The notes: a model not told the origin generated them from the letters alone. 64,000 bases of DNA from Octopus sinensis (GCF_006345805.1 NC_042998.1:149296001-149360000); one strand, 5' to 3'. Counted from the first letter of the stretch, positions 41,370 through 54,797 are shown. Numbers and translations: made by a program.

Positions 41370-41460
41370 TCTCTCCTTGTTCTCTCCTTGTTTTTTCTGT
41401 GTCCCTTTCTGCAGAAGAGCGTAGGCTCGAAACGTAAAAGACGTTTTCAATTCCTAAGCG
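41370..41460 (+). mobile_element. Short pLTR-like repeat with decayed hammerhead (41405-41440)
   Basis: CUUU-CUGCAGA-A-GAGC guag GCUC-GAAACGUA-AAAG; core position A6 changed to C. Confidence 0.55.
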
Positions 41461-41488
41461 TTACACACACACACACACACACACACAT

Positions 41489-41522
<34 letters not shown>

Positions 41523-41841
41523 CGCACACGCACACATGTAATATATAATTGTTTAGGCCACGTTGCCAGGGACATTTTTCTCCTATCGCCCACCTTTTCG
41601 AACAAACTGCTTATAAGTGAAACTTGAATTTAATGTTAGCTTAATTTGACTCTTCCTTAGAAGTTCAATCATAACTGCTGAGCTAGCTCGAAGTTCTCTC
41701 CCGATTTTTCACAGAATTGTTGCTGCGTCACGGAATGGCTGCTAAGAAGATCTTTAATTAAATTTCAAGAGAGCACTAACAGACGCACACATACCGTTTC
41801 CATACACGAATACATACACATGCATGTGTGTATATGTGTGC

Positions 41842-41884
<43 letters not shown>

Positions 41885-41887
<3 letters not shown>

Positions 41888-42099
41888 CGGGGTGCTGAAA
41901 AGTTCCTGGCTTCCGGGGTATTGCGAATGGCATGGTTGGAGGCCCAAACTTCCGAGTTCTTTTACAGGGCTTAGAAAAACTGAAGGATCGCTGCAACAAA
42001 TGTGTGAATCTGAGAGGAGAATATGATGAACAAAATCATAATTAATTGCTCCTCCTGTGTTTTCTTTTACTCAAAGCCAGGAACTTTTCAGGCCCCCTG
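41885..42099 (+). mobile_element. Internally deleted mariner element (MITE), 215 bp
   Basis: TA TSD on both sides; ~28-bp TIRs sharing CTGAAAAGTTCCTGGCTT; residual GLEKLKDRCNKCVNLRGEY transposase C-terminus. Confidence 0.85.
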
Positions 42100-42994
42100 T
42101 ATATACACATATATAAAACACACACACACACCTATACACACATAACCATCCATGTATCATACTTAATATTTATAGATGAATGCATATAGATCATCCTAAG
42201 ATAATCTTTTATGCACCTGTAATTTTCGCAGCGTTAATGAATTTTTTACTCAATTTTACCTATATCGACGAATTCTTGTCCAAGCATGTGACTGACTGTG
42301 AATATGTTTCATTGAAAAGGCTCTAAAATGTCAAAATGTATCTGGCCTTCTCACATGTCCATAAAATATGTTATCTCGGAACAAAGTCTGTGGTAAGTGA
42401 CCTACCAACAGTGTATATACATTAGGTATGATATGCAAATGGCTATTTTTTTTATTTAATACTGACTCACTGCGTATATCCGATACACACACGCGCGCGT
42501 ACACACACGCACATATATACACATATACATGCACACACACACACAACACACACACACACACACATACAAGCGTATACACGCACGTTTTTGCGAGGGAAAT
42601 TATAACTGCTCTTGAAGGCTCTGCTCTGTAGCTGTCATCGAACAGTACATCACTTTGGTTTTGCCATTCTTATATCGTTTTTTGGGGTACATTTTGAGAC
42701 AGGAACCATGTGGTTACAAATTGGAAGCGGTGTAATTGTATATTCTTATTATATAAAAAGAAATGTCTTTATAAATGGTTTTATTGAGTGAATGGGTAGA
42801 AATTATTGTGTAGGGAGAATAAAGAAGTAGTCGAATAAAGAATTGTTGATGAAAAAATACCAATTAAGAGTTCGTTGAAGGCTACATCATCGAAAGTTCG
42901 AGGTAACTCTCAAATTTCCTTTGTAAAAATAAAATATGTAGAGTAGTCTACAAAACATATTGAGTGATTTCTTGATTATGTACTCTCTCTCTCT

Positions 42995-43224
42995 CTCTCT
43001 ACTCTTTTACATGTTTCAGTCTTTTGACTGTGGATATGCTGGAGCACCGCCTTTAGTCGAGCAAATCAACCCCAGGACTTATTCTTTGTAAGCCTAGTAC
43101 TTATTCTATCGGTCTTTAGCCGAACCGCTAAGTTACGGGGTCGTAAACACACCAGCATCGGTTGTCAAGCGATGTTGGGAGGACAAACACAGACACACAA
43201 ACATATACACACATACATACATGC

Positions 43225-43279
<55 letters not shown>

Positions 43280-43284
43280 CATAC

Positions 43285-43339
<55 letters not shown>

Positions 43340-43495
43340 CGACGGGCTTCTTTTCAGTTTCCGTCCAACAAATCCACTCACAAGGCTTTGGTCGACCCGA
43401 GGCTATAGTAGAAGACACTTGCCCAAGGTGCCACGCAGTGGGACTGAACCCGGAACCATGTTGTTCTTAAGCAAGCTACTTACCACACAGCCACT
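42995..43495 (-). mobile_element. SINE family A copy with expanded internal (TA)n
   Basis: Reverse family motifs. Confidence 0.8.
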
Positions 43496-43564
43496 CGTAT
43501 ATAATTATGCATAAAAACAAGTATTAATATTTGTGTTTATTAGCCGGTTAACTGGCAGAATCGT

Positions 43565-43664
43565 NNNNNNNNNNNNNNNNNNNNNNNNNNNNNNNNNNNN
43601 NNNNNNNNNNNNNNNNNNNNNNNNNNNNNNNNNNNNNNNNNNNNNNNNNNNNNNNNNNNNNNNN
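43565..43664. other. Assembly gap (100 N)
   Basis: Run of N. Confidence 0.99.
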
Positions 43665-43789
43665 TATTTCGGAATAAAAATTCCTTCTTCAGATATCCCC
43701 AAAATTGATCAAGTCACTGCTATAATCGGTTTGCCAACATTTTTTTCCGGAAGCGTCTCTGCAGTGGTCTAACGAAGCTCGTTTCGGAA

Positions 43790-44320
43790 TTCCTCATGAG
43801 AAGTGCGTGAGGGCGGCCATGTCTCAAGCTCGTATTTACTGGCACATCCGTAGCGCTGCTTCTAAGTTATGTATTATACGTGCAGTTTCCTTTTCCTGTT
43901 TTCTTTCTTCTTTTTTTATAAGTAATACATGATCATGTTATCAAAAATAAAGTTACAGGCATCCAGATGTAGCTAAATAATATATTCACTGCCAACCTCC
44001 AGCCTGTTGTTAATGTGGGGGGCCTTGTCTGTTTATGAAAGCTTCCTTAATTCTTAGATTACTCGAATTTCTTTCATTGGCCTCAATTGTGACTGTTAAG
44101 CTTTTGTCGGTGTTCCGGCATCTGACTAGATGTTTTCTGAAGGAGGAGGCTCTCGTGTTCAGATGTTCATTGATGCGAATGTCTAACTCCACAACAGGCT
44201 GGAGGTTGGCAGTCAATATATTACTTAGCTACATCTGGATGCGTGTAAGTTTATTTTTAATAACATGGTCATGTATTATTTATAAAAAAAAGAAAAAAAA
44301 AAGGAAACTGCACGTATACA
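43790..44320 (-). mobile_element. Penelope-like fragment with inverted pLTR-type duplication
   Basis: Inverted arms at 43875-44010 and 44191-44318 enclose RINEHLN..SSFRKHL..C..LRIKEAFI (GIY-YIG C-terminus). Confidence 0.7.
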
Positions 44321-44479
44321 ATACTTGCCTATATATATATATGCACATACATATATGCTTATATATGTATTATTATTTATTTTTATTATTTAATTGAACG
44401 CCACGCATCCATTTCCAAGCAAGTTTGCCTTCACCTTTTTGATACGATTCTATACTGTTTTCTTCCTCCAGCCTTCTCT

Positions 44480-44513
44480 AATTCCCTTTTCTCCCCTCCC
44501 TCTTTCCCCATTT

Positions 44514-44544
<31 letters not shown>

Positions 44545-44942
44545 CTCTCCCTCTTTATCTTTATCTCTCTTTCGTTGCTCATACGTGACCATCGTTCATC
44601 TTTCCTTTCCTCACGTGACCAGCTTTCTTTTCCTACGCGGATGTTGGAAGGACTGGACGTTTTTTCTCTCGCTTCAAAGAAATATTTCTCCCAGCGTTCA
44701 TTATTTTCATCTCGTTCTGGTTTAAAGACCGTCCATGTTTGTTTAAGTTTGGTTTTCTTGTATGTCTCTACTGTCTTGTTTTTGTTCCCAACTTTGATCC
44801 TCCATAAATCCTAAATCTTATTTTAGAATTTATGGGAGCAACTGTCTTTGAAGACTCATATTGTTGTTGAATGCTCGAAATGGAAGGGGTAGATAGACAG
44901 CCGACAACTGATTAAGTGTCATTTATCTGTTTACTTTTCCTG

Positions 44943-44994
<52 letters not shown>

Positions 44995-45530
44995 TGTATG
45001 TGTGTGTGTGTGTGTTTGTGTATTATATATATTGTTGAAATTTGCACCTTTTGATGCGACTCAACTCTGTAGTGTTTTCTGCCACTATCCTTCTCTAATT
45101 CCTTTTTCCCCTCCCTCTTTCACCGTTTTCTGTCTCTCTCTCGCTCTTTCTCTTTATCGCTCTCTTTCGATGCTCACACGTGACCATCACCCATCTTTCT
45201 TTTCCTCGCGTATCCATCTTTCTTTTCCTGCATGGATGTTCAAACGACTGGACATTTTTTCTTTCTCTATCTTTTCTGTTTTGAAAGAAATATTCCTCTC
45301 GTTCTGGTCTAACGACCATCCATGCTTGGTTTCGTTCTGTTCCTTGTATGTCTCCACTGTCCTCTTTTTGTTCCCAACTATGATCCTCCATAAATCCTAA
45401 ATTTTATTTCAGAATTTATGGGATCTTTGGAGACTCATATTATCATTGAGTGCTCGAAATGAGGGGTAGATAGACAGCCGAAAACAGATAAAGGGTCGTT
45501 TCTCTGTGTTTACTTGTCCTGTTTTCCATT
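44480..45530 (+). repeat. Diverged tandem pair of ~450-bp pyrimidine-rich repeats (44480-44940, 45090-45530)
   Basis: Shared blocks such as TGATCCTCCATAAATCCTAAA and GCTCGAAATG..GGGGTAGATAGACAGCCGA. Confidence 0.7.
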
Positions 45531-45654
45531 TTTTCTCTCTCGTTGTTTTACGTATTTAACTCGCCTATCTATGTAATTCATGTTGTTTACACAGTTGGTG
45601 ACGTCCTGTACCCATATATGCATATATATATTATCATTTATTATTATTATTATT

Positions 45655-46210
45655 GAGTGAGAGAGCAGTGAATGCCATCAAAGTGACACTGGGGTGAAAT
45701 ATACGAAGCCCAGTATACCCATCAGGACTACCCGTCTGATAAGGGTACACCAGGCACATGCATGACAACCATATGTGCGCAACATGGTGATCTCATATCA
45801 AGATAAACAGCGCATGACCATGCAGGTGGAGCCCAGTTAGAATTTTCTTCTAATCGAGTAACCCATCTTTCTCAAAAGGTCCCTGAATAAAGGCTGTTTA
45901 AGGATGATGAACGAAACACCCATGCTTCCAAAGGTGAATTATTCAAAACCCAAAGAATCCCTCTCAACTCATGGCTATGATGCTCCCCCGCTACTTCTGC
46001 TTGTGATCAGAGCTGCACATATCGTCAGCCACTAAGGGACATGCTCAATTGGTTACGGTCAAACAGCTGACAAGCAAATCTGTGGTATTGAGCAGAATAT
46101 TTGCTGTAGCCCATCTTTTATACCAAGACAAAACAATGTACATGATAACACTTCCAATCAGTTAAGATCAGAATCCATGAGAGCCACTGCCTGGTACTGC
46201 ATCAGGGCAT
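45655..46210 (-). mobile_element. Family X apparently full-length copy
   Basis: Reverse complement of 4570-5121; flanked by (ATT)n. Confidence 0.8.
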
Positions 46211-46285
<75 letters not shown>

Positions 46286-46439
46286 TTGTTATTATTATAT
46301 AATATAATTATTATAATTATATATATAATATATATATAATATACAACACACACACATATGTATATTTGCTGGAAATAATGCGTGGCGTTCAATCACATAA
46401 ACTAAATAATATATATATATAATTTGAAATTTATAGGAA

Positions 46440-46590
46440 AACATGAGTCTAAGACAGGTGTATGAACAACAAACAGGTGTATTAGCTTGATGCTAAGGAA
46501 AATAAGAAAGTCCTTTACGTTTCGAGTCAACGCTCTTCCGCAGAAAGGAATAAGAGGGAATGAACAGAGGGAGAATAAAAAACTTGTGGA
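46440..46590 (-). mobile_element. Short pLTR-like repeat with decayed hammerhead
   Basis: CUUU-CUGCGGA-A-GAGC guug ACUC-GAAACGUA-AAGG; same family as 41370 and 51965. Confidence 0.5.
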
Positions 46591-46789
46591 TTTAGCTATC
46601 AAGCATGGTGTCATATGTATGTATGTGTGCATATATATATATTTATATATATATATATATATATACATATACACATGTATATATATTTATATATACATGT
46701 ATACGCATGTGTATATATATATATTTATATATATACTATACACATGTATATATATATATATGAACTATATTTGGAATACAAAACACTAT

Positions 46790-47810
46790 AATGGATGTTG
46801 AATGTCTCTTATTGATTCTCTTGAAGCTGGTAGCATGATTGCGATAACGATTTTTAAGTGAATCAGTTTTCTCCCCTTGTATGCACGGTACATTTATATA
46901 CAAGATTTGTATTCATACAGAAGTTCATCAATGGGCATTTTGATTTTTCTCTGCATGAGCATTTATCATATTTATTTGAATATATGACAGGTCCGACTTC
47001 ATTTTCCGACGTTGTTACCGCGTTAGCTATGTTATAAACATTTCTACTATTACAATTTGGCCATAATTGGTGCTTTTCATTGCGGTTTACATCTTTGTTG
47101 GTATTAAGATGTCGCTAGATCCAGTAGGTGGATTATTGAATTTTTGTCGAATTTTACCATTGTTTATGCAGTGCATAAGCTGCTCTAAATTAGCAGAGTT
47201 AGCTTTGGATACCTTCACGGTCTGCTGATTAAAAATAGTATGATATCGATTAGATTTAAGAAAACATTTGTCCAAAGCGGCAAAAAAATTTCCAGCGATC
47301 TTGGTTGAAACATACGAACCGAGAGGACATCCTGATTCCTATATTTGTTTTTAGGCTTATTTAATCGAGTGTGTTGTACAGGATTGGAACGTTTTACAGT
47401 GTTACGAGCAGTTGGATTATTATGTCGCGTGTGTCTATGAGTTTTAGTTGGTAGTTCATTGTCTTGATAAATTCTTCATGGCCTTTATTCTCTGAGTGAG
47501 TTCTCGTACCGTGACGTTGTTACGGTGTACAATGTGTATTACTATTGGAGGTATTACCAGTGCTGTATATGCCTGCTAAAGCAGAATTATAGTAAGCAGC
47601 ATGTGATTCGAAAATGTTATTATTAGCAGATAATCTAGAAATCCTTGTAGAAATATTCTTAACTAATCCCCGTATTATCGAGAGTGGATGGTTGGATGCT
47701 ACATTTATGAACTTAATATGATCATTTGGCTTATGAAATGGTTAATATAATCCAGTATCATAATGGAAGGTAGCGTCAAGAAAATTTGCTCCAGGATAAT
47801 CCTTTCCCAT
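46790..47810 (-). pseudogene. Penelope-like RT thumb + linker + GIY-YIG relic
   Basis: NFLDATF..Y.PFHKPND..FIN..NHPPSII..ISTRISRLS; IFNQQTVKVS; CSCREKSKCPLMNFCMNTNLVYKCTV; LKNRYRNHATSFK. Confidence 0.85.
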
Positions 47811-47854
47811 AGTAATGTTTAATCCTAAATTTATAAATATATTATTTTATTCTT

Positions 47855-48243
47855 TTACTTATTTTAGTCATTTGACTGCGGCCATGCTAGAGCAACACCT
47901 TTAGTCAAGCAAATCAACCCCAGGACTTATTCTTTGTAAGCCTAGTACTTATTCTATCGTTCACTTTTGCCGATTCGCTAAGTTTTAGGGCGGTAAACAC
48001 ACCAGCATCGGTTGTCAAACGATGTTGACGGGCCAAACATAGACACAGAAACATATACACACACACATACACACATATGCGATGGGCTGCTTTCAGTTTC
48101 CGTCTACCAAATCCACTTACAAGGCTTTGATCCGCCCGGGGCTATAATAGAAGACACTTTCCCAAGGTGCCACGCAGTGGGACTGAACCCGGAACCATGT
48201 GGTTGGTAAGCGAGCTACTTACCACAACCACTCCTGCGCCTAT
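47855..48243 (-). mobile_element. SINE family A copy
   Basis: Reverse family motifs. Confidence 0.8.
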
Positions 48244-48346
48244 ATTTATAAACCACATATGGAGTTCTGATAACCTTATGTTCAGTTGAAACACTAATCG
48301 TGGGCAATCAGCATGCTGTGACAAAAATATTGAATACATACATACA

Positions 48347-48377
<31 letters not shown>

Positions 48378-48392
48378 GTATGTATTTTAGTT

Positions 48393-48590
48393 CAGTTGTT
48401 GTTGTGGACGATGACCAAGGAGAAGGCTGCGCGCTACGCGTCCGGCTGTGGCTGATACGTGCTCGGAAGGCTCTGCAACTGGCAGGGCACTGGTAGGACT
48501 GAAGACGAGGTGTTGGCTCTGAACTTATGCCGTTCGCGTTTCCTTTGTGCTCCCTTCAATCCTGTTCTATTTGTAGGAAGTGGTACCTCT
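48393..48590 (-). mobile_element. RTE-clade LINE 3' end, 5'-truncated
   Basis: AQRKRERHK..; YQCPASCRAFRARI-SHSRT resembles RTE CxxCxRxFRARIGLxSHxRTH; TGGTCATCG followed by (ACA)n tail; local GC-rich island. Confidence 0.55.
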
Positions 48591-48769
48591 GTTGGTGTGC
48601 GCGTGTGCATGTGTGTGTGCGCGCGCGCGCGGTGTGTGTATGTGTGCGCGCGCACCTGTGTGTCTGTGTATGAATGTATTTACGTGTTTGTAAGCGGCTT
48701 TGGGGAATCATTGATATATATATTAAAAAGGATTATTATTATTATTATTAATATTATTATTGTTGTTGC

Positions 48770-48823
<54 letters not shown>

Positions 48824-48824
48824 G

Positions 48825-48874
<50 letters not shown>

Positions 48875-50146
48875 CATCATTATTATTATTTCTGTTAACT
48901 AATCTAGTATTAAAGCTGATCCCTTTAAGTCTTTAATGTAGTTTCTACAGCTTCATATGTTCTGGTTAACTACTTTAATAGCCAGGAATTATGGACTCTA
49001 TTCCGGAACACTCGTTTGTTAATCGTCTTTACTGCGTTCGTAAATACTCCGCTACTTAAACAAGATGCCTCATACTTTTTCGGTTCAGTTTTTTCTCTTC
49101 TTCTATTTTATCTATTATCCATCTTTATTTTCAACATTTTCCCCTATTATGCTTCAATTCCTTTCATTGCAAATCTATCTTCCATTCCAACGCCATTTCT
49201 TTATTGGTGCCACCATAGAATATTTTTTACTATTTGTTTCAAATAATGTCTTATTCTATTCCAAGTTCTTGTTCCTGTTTTTCAAACACCTTATCTGGCA
49301 TGTCTCTGCTGGGAGAAATTTTAAAGGGTTTTTTTTTTTTCTCTCTAATTTATAGATCCTTTTTCTTTTCCAGCATTCCATATTCCCAGAACATTTTCCC
49401 ATTTTCTTTCTGATGTTTTTTACATTACATCCCACTCCATTTCTGTTCCACTAAGTAAGGTTAATGATCCCGAATCGTGTTCTTTCTTTTCAATGTTTTA
49501 TGGCTGCTGATGAGCGAATGACTGACTGTATTAGGGTCACATCAGCTTACCCTCGGTACAACCACGGCTATTAACTAAATTAGATTATTCCACATGTCGC
49601 TGTGGAAGTTCTCTTATATATTCTTTTTGTAAAATATTTCTTAAGAAAAAAAAACCTGGCTGAATTTCTTTCTGTTCTTCCACGATGATTGCTTCTATTT
49701 TGGCGACTTGCGTGTGGTTCGTACATTTTTCGTTTTTACTCAGTGTTGTCTCTGTTTAATCTATTATCATGTAAACTATTATTTCATTTGTAGTTACACG
49801 CAGAATCGAGAGTAAACATATGTTACAGCTTGGCCATTTCAGCGGTGCTGTCTATGGAAACTTTTACTGGCGTTCTTGGAACTGTGCATATGGTTGTAGT
49901 TCTCATTCGTTGAGCTGCTTCTTTCGTTGATGCCTCTATTGCTGTTCTTGCCAAAGTTACTTTTGTCTGCTTAAATTTAGGCCTATTACCATCAATCCAG
50001 AATGGCATACCACCCAAAAAGTCCGGTACTATTGTTTTGGTCTGTTGATTACATTTTTGTGCGTCTTAAAGCTCAGAGACTATCAATGAAAGATCACACC
50101 ATTTATTAGTAATTAATAACTGATCTAAACAAACTGATTTTACTTA

Positions 50147-50178
<32 letters not shown>

Positions 50179-50704
50179 GTGTTCTTGCGTTAACTCTGAA
50201 TAAGTAGACTTTTGATCAAATATATTCCACCCATGACTATCCAGCCCATCATTCTAGAAATGGTTGACATGGAAACGTTCATGACAGGATTGCGAGCCAA
50301 TAATATACTGACTGATCAACACAATGTACACATATAGACGGCGTTAGAATATGTGATGTGTGTATATGCATATATATATATATATATACATACACGCACA
50401 TTTATATATGTGCGTATATATATATATGCATATATATACATATACATTTCTTGTATATACATATGCACACACTAATATACATGCATATATGATGTGTCAG
50501 TATATGTGTATGTATATACGTATGCGTGTGTGCACACATGTATGCATGAATGTAAGTATATATGTCTGTGTGTGTGCGTATATAATATATATATATATAT
50601 CTATATATATTATATATATATATATATATAATATAATTTGTAAAACGGTAAGATAAAGAAAGAAAGAGACCTCAATATTATGTAAATAGAGGAATTTATC
50701 TGTA

Positions 50705-50784
50705 AATATAATATGTGACAATTATTCGAGATCCGAAACTCAGAGTTTTATCTTGGCTACCGAATAATTGTCACATATTATATT
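50705..50784. repeat. Perfect 24-bp inverted repeat with 32-nt spacer
   Basis: AATATAATATGTGACAATTATTCG (50705-50728) and its exact reverse complement (50761-50784). Confidence 0.9.
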
Positions 50785-50789
50785 GAAAG

Positions 50790-50821
<32 letters not shown>

Positions 50822-51964
50822 TAATATAGATATATATATATATATTATATATATATATATATATACATACATACATGCATACATACATACATACATAATA
50901 TATATGTATATATAATATATAATATATATATATATATTATATATAATATATATATATATATACTATATATTATATATATATATATATGAAAGAACGTTTG
51001 AAAATACATTTTAAAAGATGTTTATTTACCGGTTTCACTTTTTAGAAAAAGATTGTCAAAAGTAACATGTAAAAGTTTGGTTGTGTTAATTATTGGTTGT
51101 CACAAAATGCTACAATACATATATACATTCTTTGGTAACAAGAACATGTTAAGAACATAAAAAAGTTTAACAAGTTCATTTGGTTATTGTTTAAAAATTG
51201 AATTGTCCCAGTTTGGGAAATTGACAATATTTTCACCGTTTACACGGAAGCATTTTTGTTAGAATGCCTTCCATAGAAGAAAGTCCAAAAATGAATTTCG
51301 CTGCAGCCGTCGGCGGGCGCGAACTCATTGAAATTAAAATGGAAGAAATACAGATTGATCACCGACAAAGATGGTGAATCTAGGATAACACCACCAAACG
51401 AAATAAAAAATTGAATTAAAGAAAGTATACAATATGGAGAAAAAAAAAAGATTTGAACACCTGGAGGAAAGCACCATCGAAAAGTGTCTTGGTGCGACTA
51501 TGAAAGATATCTAAGCAGAGGCGGTAAATTCGTCACAATACAAGCAAGGTTCGAGTCAACGGGCGTGCAAGGGAGTACTCGACTCGAACCTTGAAAAGTG
51601 GAAATATTTTATTTTTACCTTTATATCTGGGGCATAGGACGTCCCGGATAAAAATAAAAAAATATCCCCCCTGAAGTAGAGGTAGGCTGTATTGTAGCCA
51701 CACTTCTATACAAGAGGGAGGACAAGATCCAATTGATCGAAATTGCAAGAGACGAGCCTACAATTCCAGTCTGTTATATATTTTGAGTATTGTTATCACT
51801 AGCGATATCAAGATATAACTTTTTATTTTGTATTTTATGTGTAGATGTATATATATAGAAGTACATGTGATATGTACACATATATATACACATATATACA
51901 TGCACTAGCACTATGAGCCGGCAACGACGGGTCATAATGCTAGTATATATATATATAGTTGAAA

Positions 51965-52090
51965 TTTACAGAAAAACGAAGACGAAAACGTGTATAAACA
52001 ACAAGCAGGTGTAATAGTTTGACGCTCGGGAAGGTGAAAAAGTCTTTTGCGTTTGTAGCCTATGCTCTTCAACAGAAAGGAACAGGAGGA
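51965..52090 (-). mobile_element. Short pLTR-like repeat with heavily decayed hammerhead
   Basis: CUUU-CUGUUGA-A-GAGC auag GCUA-CAAACGC-AAAAG. Confidence 0.45.
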
Positions 52091-52094
52091 AATA

Positions 52095-52259
52095 TATGCG
52101 ACGGGCTTCTTTCAATTTTGTCTACCAAATCCACTAACACATCTTTGATCGGTTGGAGGTTATAGTAGTAGATGGTTGCCCAAAGTGCCACGCTGTAGGA
52201 CTGAACGCGGAACCATGTGATCGGGAAGCAAGCTTCTTACCACACAGCTGCACCTGCGC

Positions 52260-52262
<3 letters not shown>
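52095..52262 (-). mobile_element. SINE family A 5' half
   Basis: Reverse head and CORE-like part. Confidence 0.7.
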
Positions 52263-52297
<35 letters not shown>

Positions 52298-52429
52298 GTG
52301 TGTGTGTCCGTGTGTGTGTGTGTCCGTGTGTGTGAGTGTGAGTGTGAGTGTGTGTGTGTAATCCTTTCGAAATTTCTCTAATCAACACGACTACTGGTTT
52401 TTTTTCAACTGAAGATTTTTTATTCATGT

Positions 52430-53053
52430 GATAACGGTTTCGTTGACCATGATGACGATGACGATGACGACGACGGTGATGATGTTGATGATGATATTGA
52501 TAATGATGGTGATGATGGGGATGATGATGGTGGTGGGTGTTTATTTTGATGAACAAATTTATTTAATATTCATTGCAGAATCGATAAAATTATAATTATT
52601 ATTAACATAGTTTCTATCTTGTTATTGTCGTTGATGCTATAATTATTTTTTTGCTCTCGTATGATGATGACGATTATCATGTTGATGATAATGATGATGA
52701 CGATGATGATCATGATCATAATCACCATCATCATCGTCATAACATAGCCTGATTTTTTTTTTACCATTATCGGCTTTATCACAATATCATCAGATCTGCT
52801 CACAACATCACGACTCTAACACCTACCACCAATAACGCTCCCACCACCACCACCACCACCACCACCACCACTACCACCACCACCACCACCACCATCACCA
52901 TCACCATCACCATCACCGCCACCAACAATATGACTCTACTACCTCCACTACATTATCATCACCACTTACACCACCCAATCACCAATACGACAATCAAAAC
53001 TTCTTAGTCACTATGGCCACCAACACTGTCATTATGGTCACTATCATCACCAT

Positions 53054-53111
<58 letters not shown>

Positions 53112-53150
53112 AGTAGCAGCAGCAACAGCAGCAGCAGCAGAAGCAACAGA
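52430..53150. repeat. Compound (GAT)n/(CAC)n/(CAT)n/(CAG)n low-complexity tract
   Basis: Directly visible. Confidence 0.85.
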
Positions 53151-53229
53151 AGTGTTATTTTTATAATTATTATATGCTTATTATTTGCCAGCAGACAGAA
53201 TTGTTTGAGCATCAGAAGAAAAAAATTGC

Positions 53230-53390
53230 CTTTCAGTGTTTATTTCGACTCTTTGTGTTCGACGTTCAAATCCTCCTGGGGTACCTTTCAGCCTTTGGGG
53301 ATCTATAAATTAAAGTACCACTGAAGTACTGAGTTGATGGTATCGATTAACCCCCTTCCCTCAAAATTACTAGCAAGATGCCTTGCTGTA
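53230..53390 (+). mobile_element. SINE family B copy, diverged
   Basis: CGTTCAAATCC...TTTCAGCCTTTGGGGATC..AAATTAAAGTACCA. Confidence 0.6.
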
Positions 53391-54242
53391 TTTAATCCAT
53401 TTCTATTACGACCTTCTACATTCAAGTACCTCCAACGTCTTCCAGGGGTTGATAAAAATACCAGTCGTGTACTGGGGTCACTTTTACTGAAGTTACTCAA
53501 TGTTGATACACTTTCAGTACAGCTCCTTACACACCACATACGCCACACAATTACCACCAAATACTGTAAAAAAAACTACAACACATACTCCACACAGTTA
53601 CCACCAAATACAGTAACACAAGCTACACACATACTCTACACAATTACCATCCAATGAAAATAAGGAGTCTTCGTCGATGTCGACGATGAGAATTCACTTC
53701 TTTGATTAACTAAATTCGCTGTTCATTGAATTCTGGTGTAAGTAGCTGTGACTATCACAGAGATGTGTAACCTTTACCTAATTCTCAAAGCGAATCAACG
53801 TGCCACGGCGTGCGATAAGGTCGATCACTGGAATTATCGAACGATCCACACTGTGGGCTTTCACGTTGTTTTCGTCTCCCTACTTTAATTCAAAAGTCAT
53901 CGGCTGACTCGAGACGCTTGCCTAAAATACCATGAGGTGGAGATTTCAGAGCGAACTTCTTAACCATTCGCCCATGGTGCGTCTCTGCACACACAAACAT
54001 GTAAGTCACCAGTGGATGTCGAAGTTAATTCTCATCGTTCATGTCCATATACACTATAAAATATAGTTCAGAGTAGTGGTTTTCAACTGGGCTCCATTTG
54101 GCACCTGAAACTCCATATGAGGTTTTTGGGGCTCCACACAACAAAATAGTATATTGGGGTAATACAGTTCTATATTTAAGAAAGAGGAAACATGTACATT
54201 ATTTACATTTGACAGATATTTGTCCTCATCTTGTTTGTTGTT

Positions 54243-54288
54243 AACACAACGTTTCGGCTGATATACCCTCCAGCCTTCATCAGGTGTC
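54243..54288 (-). ncRNA. Minimal type I hammerhead ribozyme motif, intact core
   Basis: GACAC-CUGAUGA-A-GGCUG(loop)CAGCC-GAAA-CG-UU-GUGUU. Confidence 0.7.
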
Positions 54289-54350
54289 TTGGAGAACCTG
54301 GGTTCTCATTCCTGAGGTATTTTTCGATGTTGTTGTTATTATTATTATTA

Positions 54351-54395
<45 letters not shown>

Positions 54396-54493
54396 CATCA
54401 TCATCATCATTATTATTGTTGTTGTTGTTGTTGTTGTTGTTATTATTATTGTTATTATTATTATTATCATTATTATTATTATTATTATTATTA

Positions 54494-54524
<31 letters not shown>

Positions 54525-54662
54525 AAATTATATTATTATTATTATTCAGGTCACTGCCTGGAATTGAAGTCGGATTCTTGGGGTTAGTAACCTGCGCTTT
54601 TAACCACAACGCCATATACCTACGGCAGTAACCTGAATAATAATAATAATAATAAAAATAAG

Positions 54663-54728
<66 letters not shown>

Positions 54729-54797
54729 TAATAATAATAATATAATAACATCGAAAAGTACCTTAGGAATGAGAACCCAGGTTCGAAATTTCCCCAA

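Noticed and set aside
48900-50100. L1/Tx1-like ORF1 and endonuclease remnant on the minus strand
   Set aside because: PFWIDGNRP is suggestive, but there is no zinc knuckle or recognisable APE motif.
54547-54620. Functional tRNA gene
   Set aside because: Acceptor and anticodon stems do not pair properly and there is no T-run terminator; treated as a SINE head.
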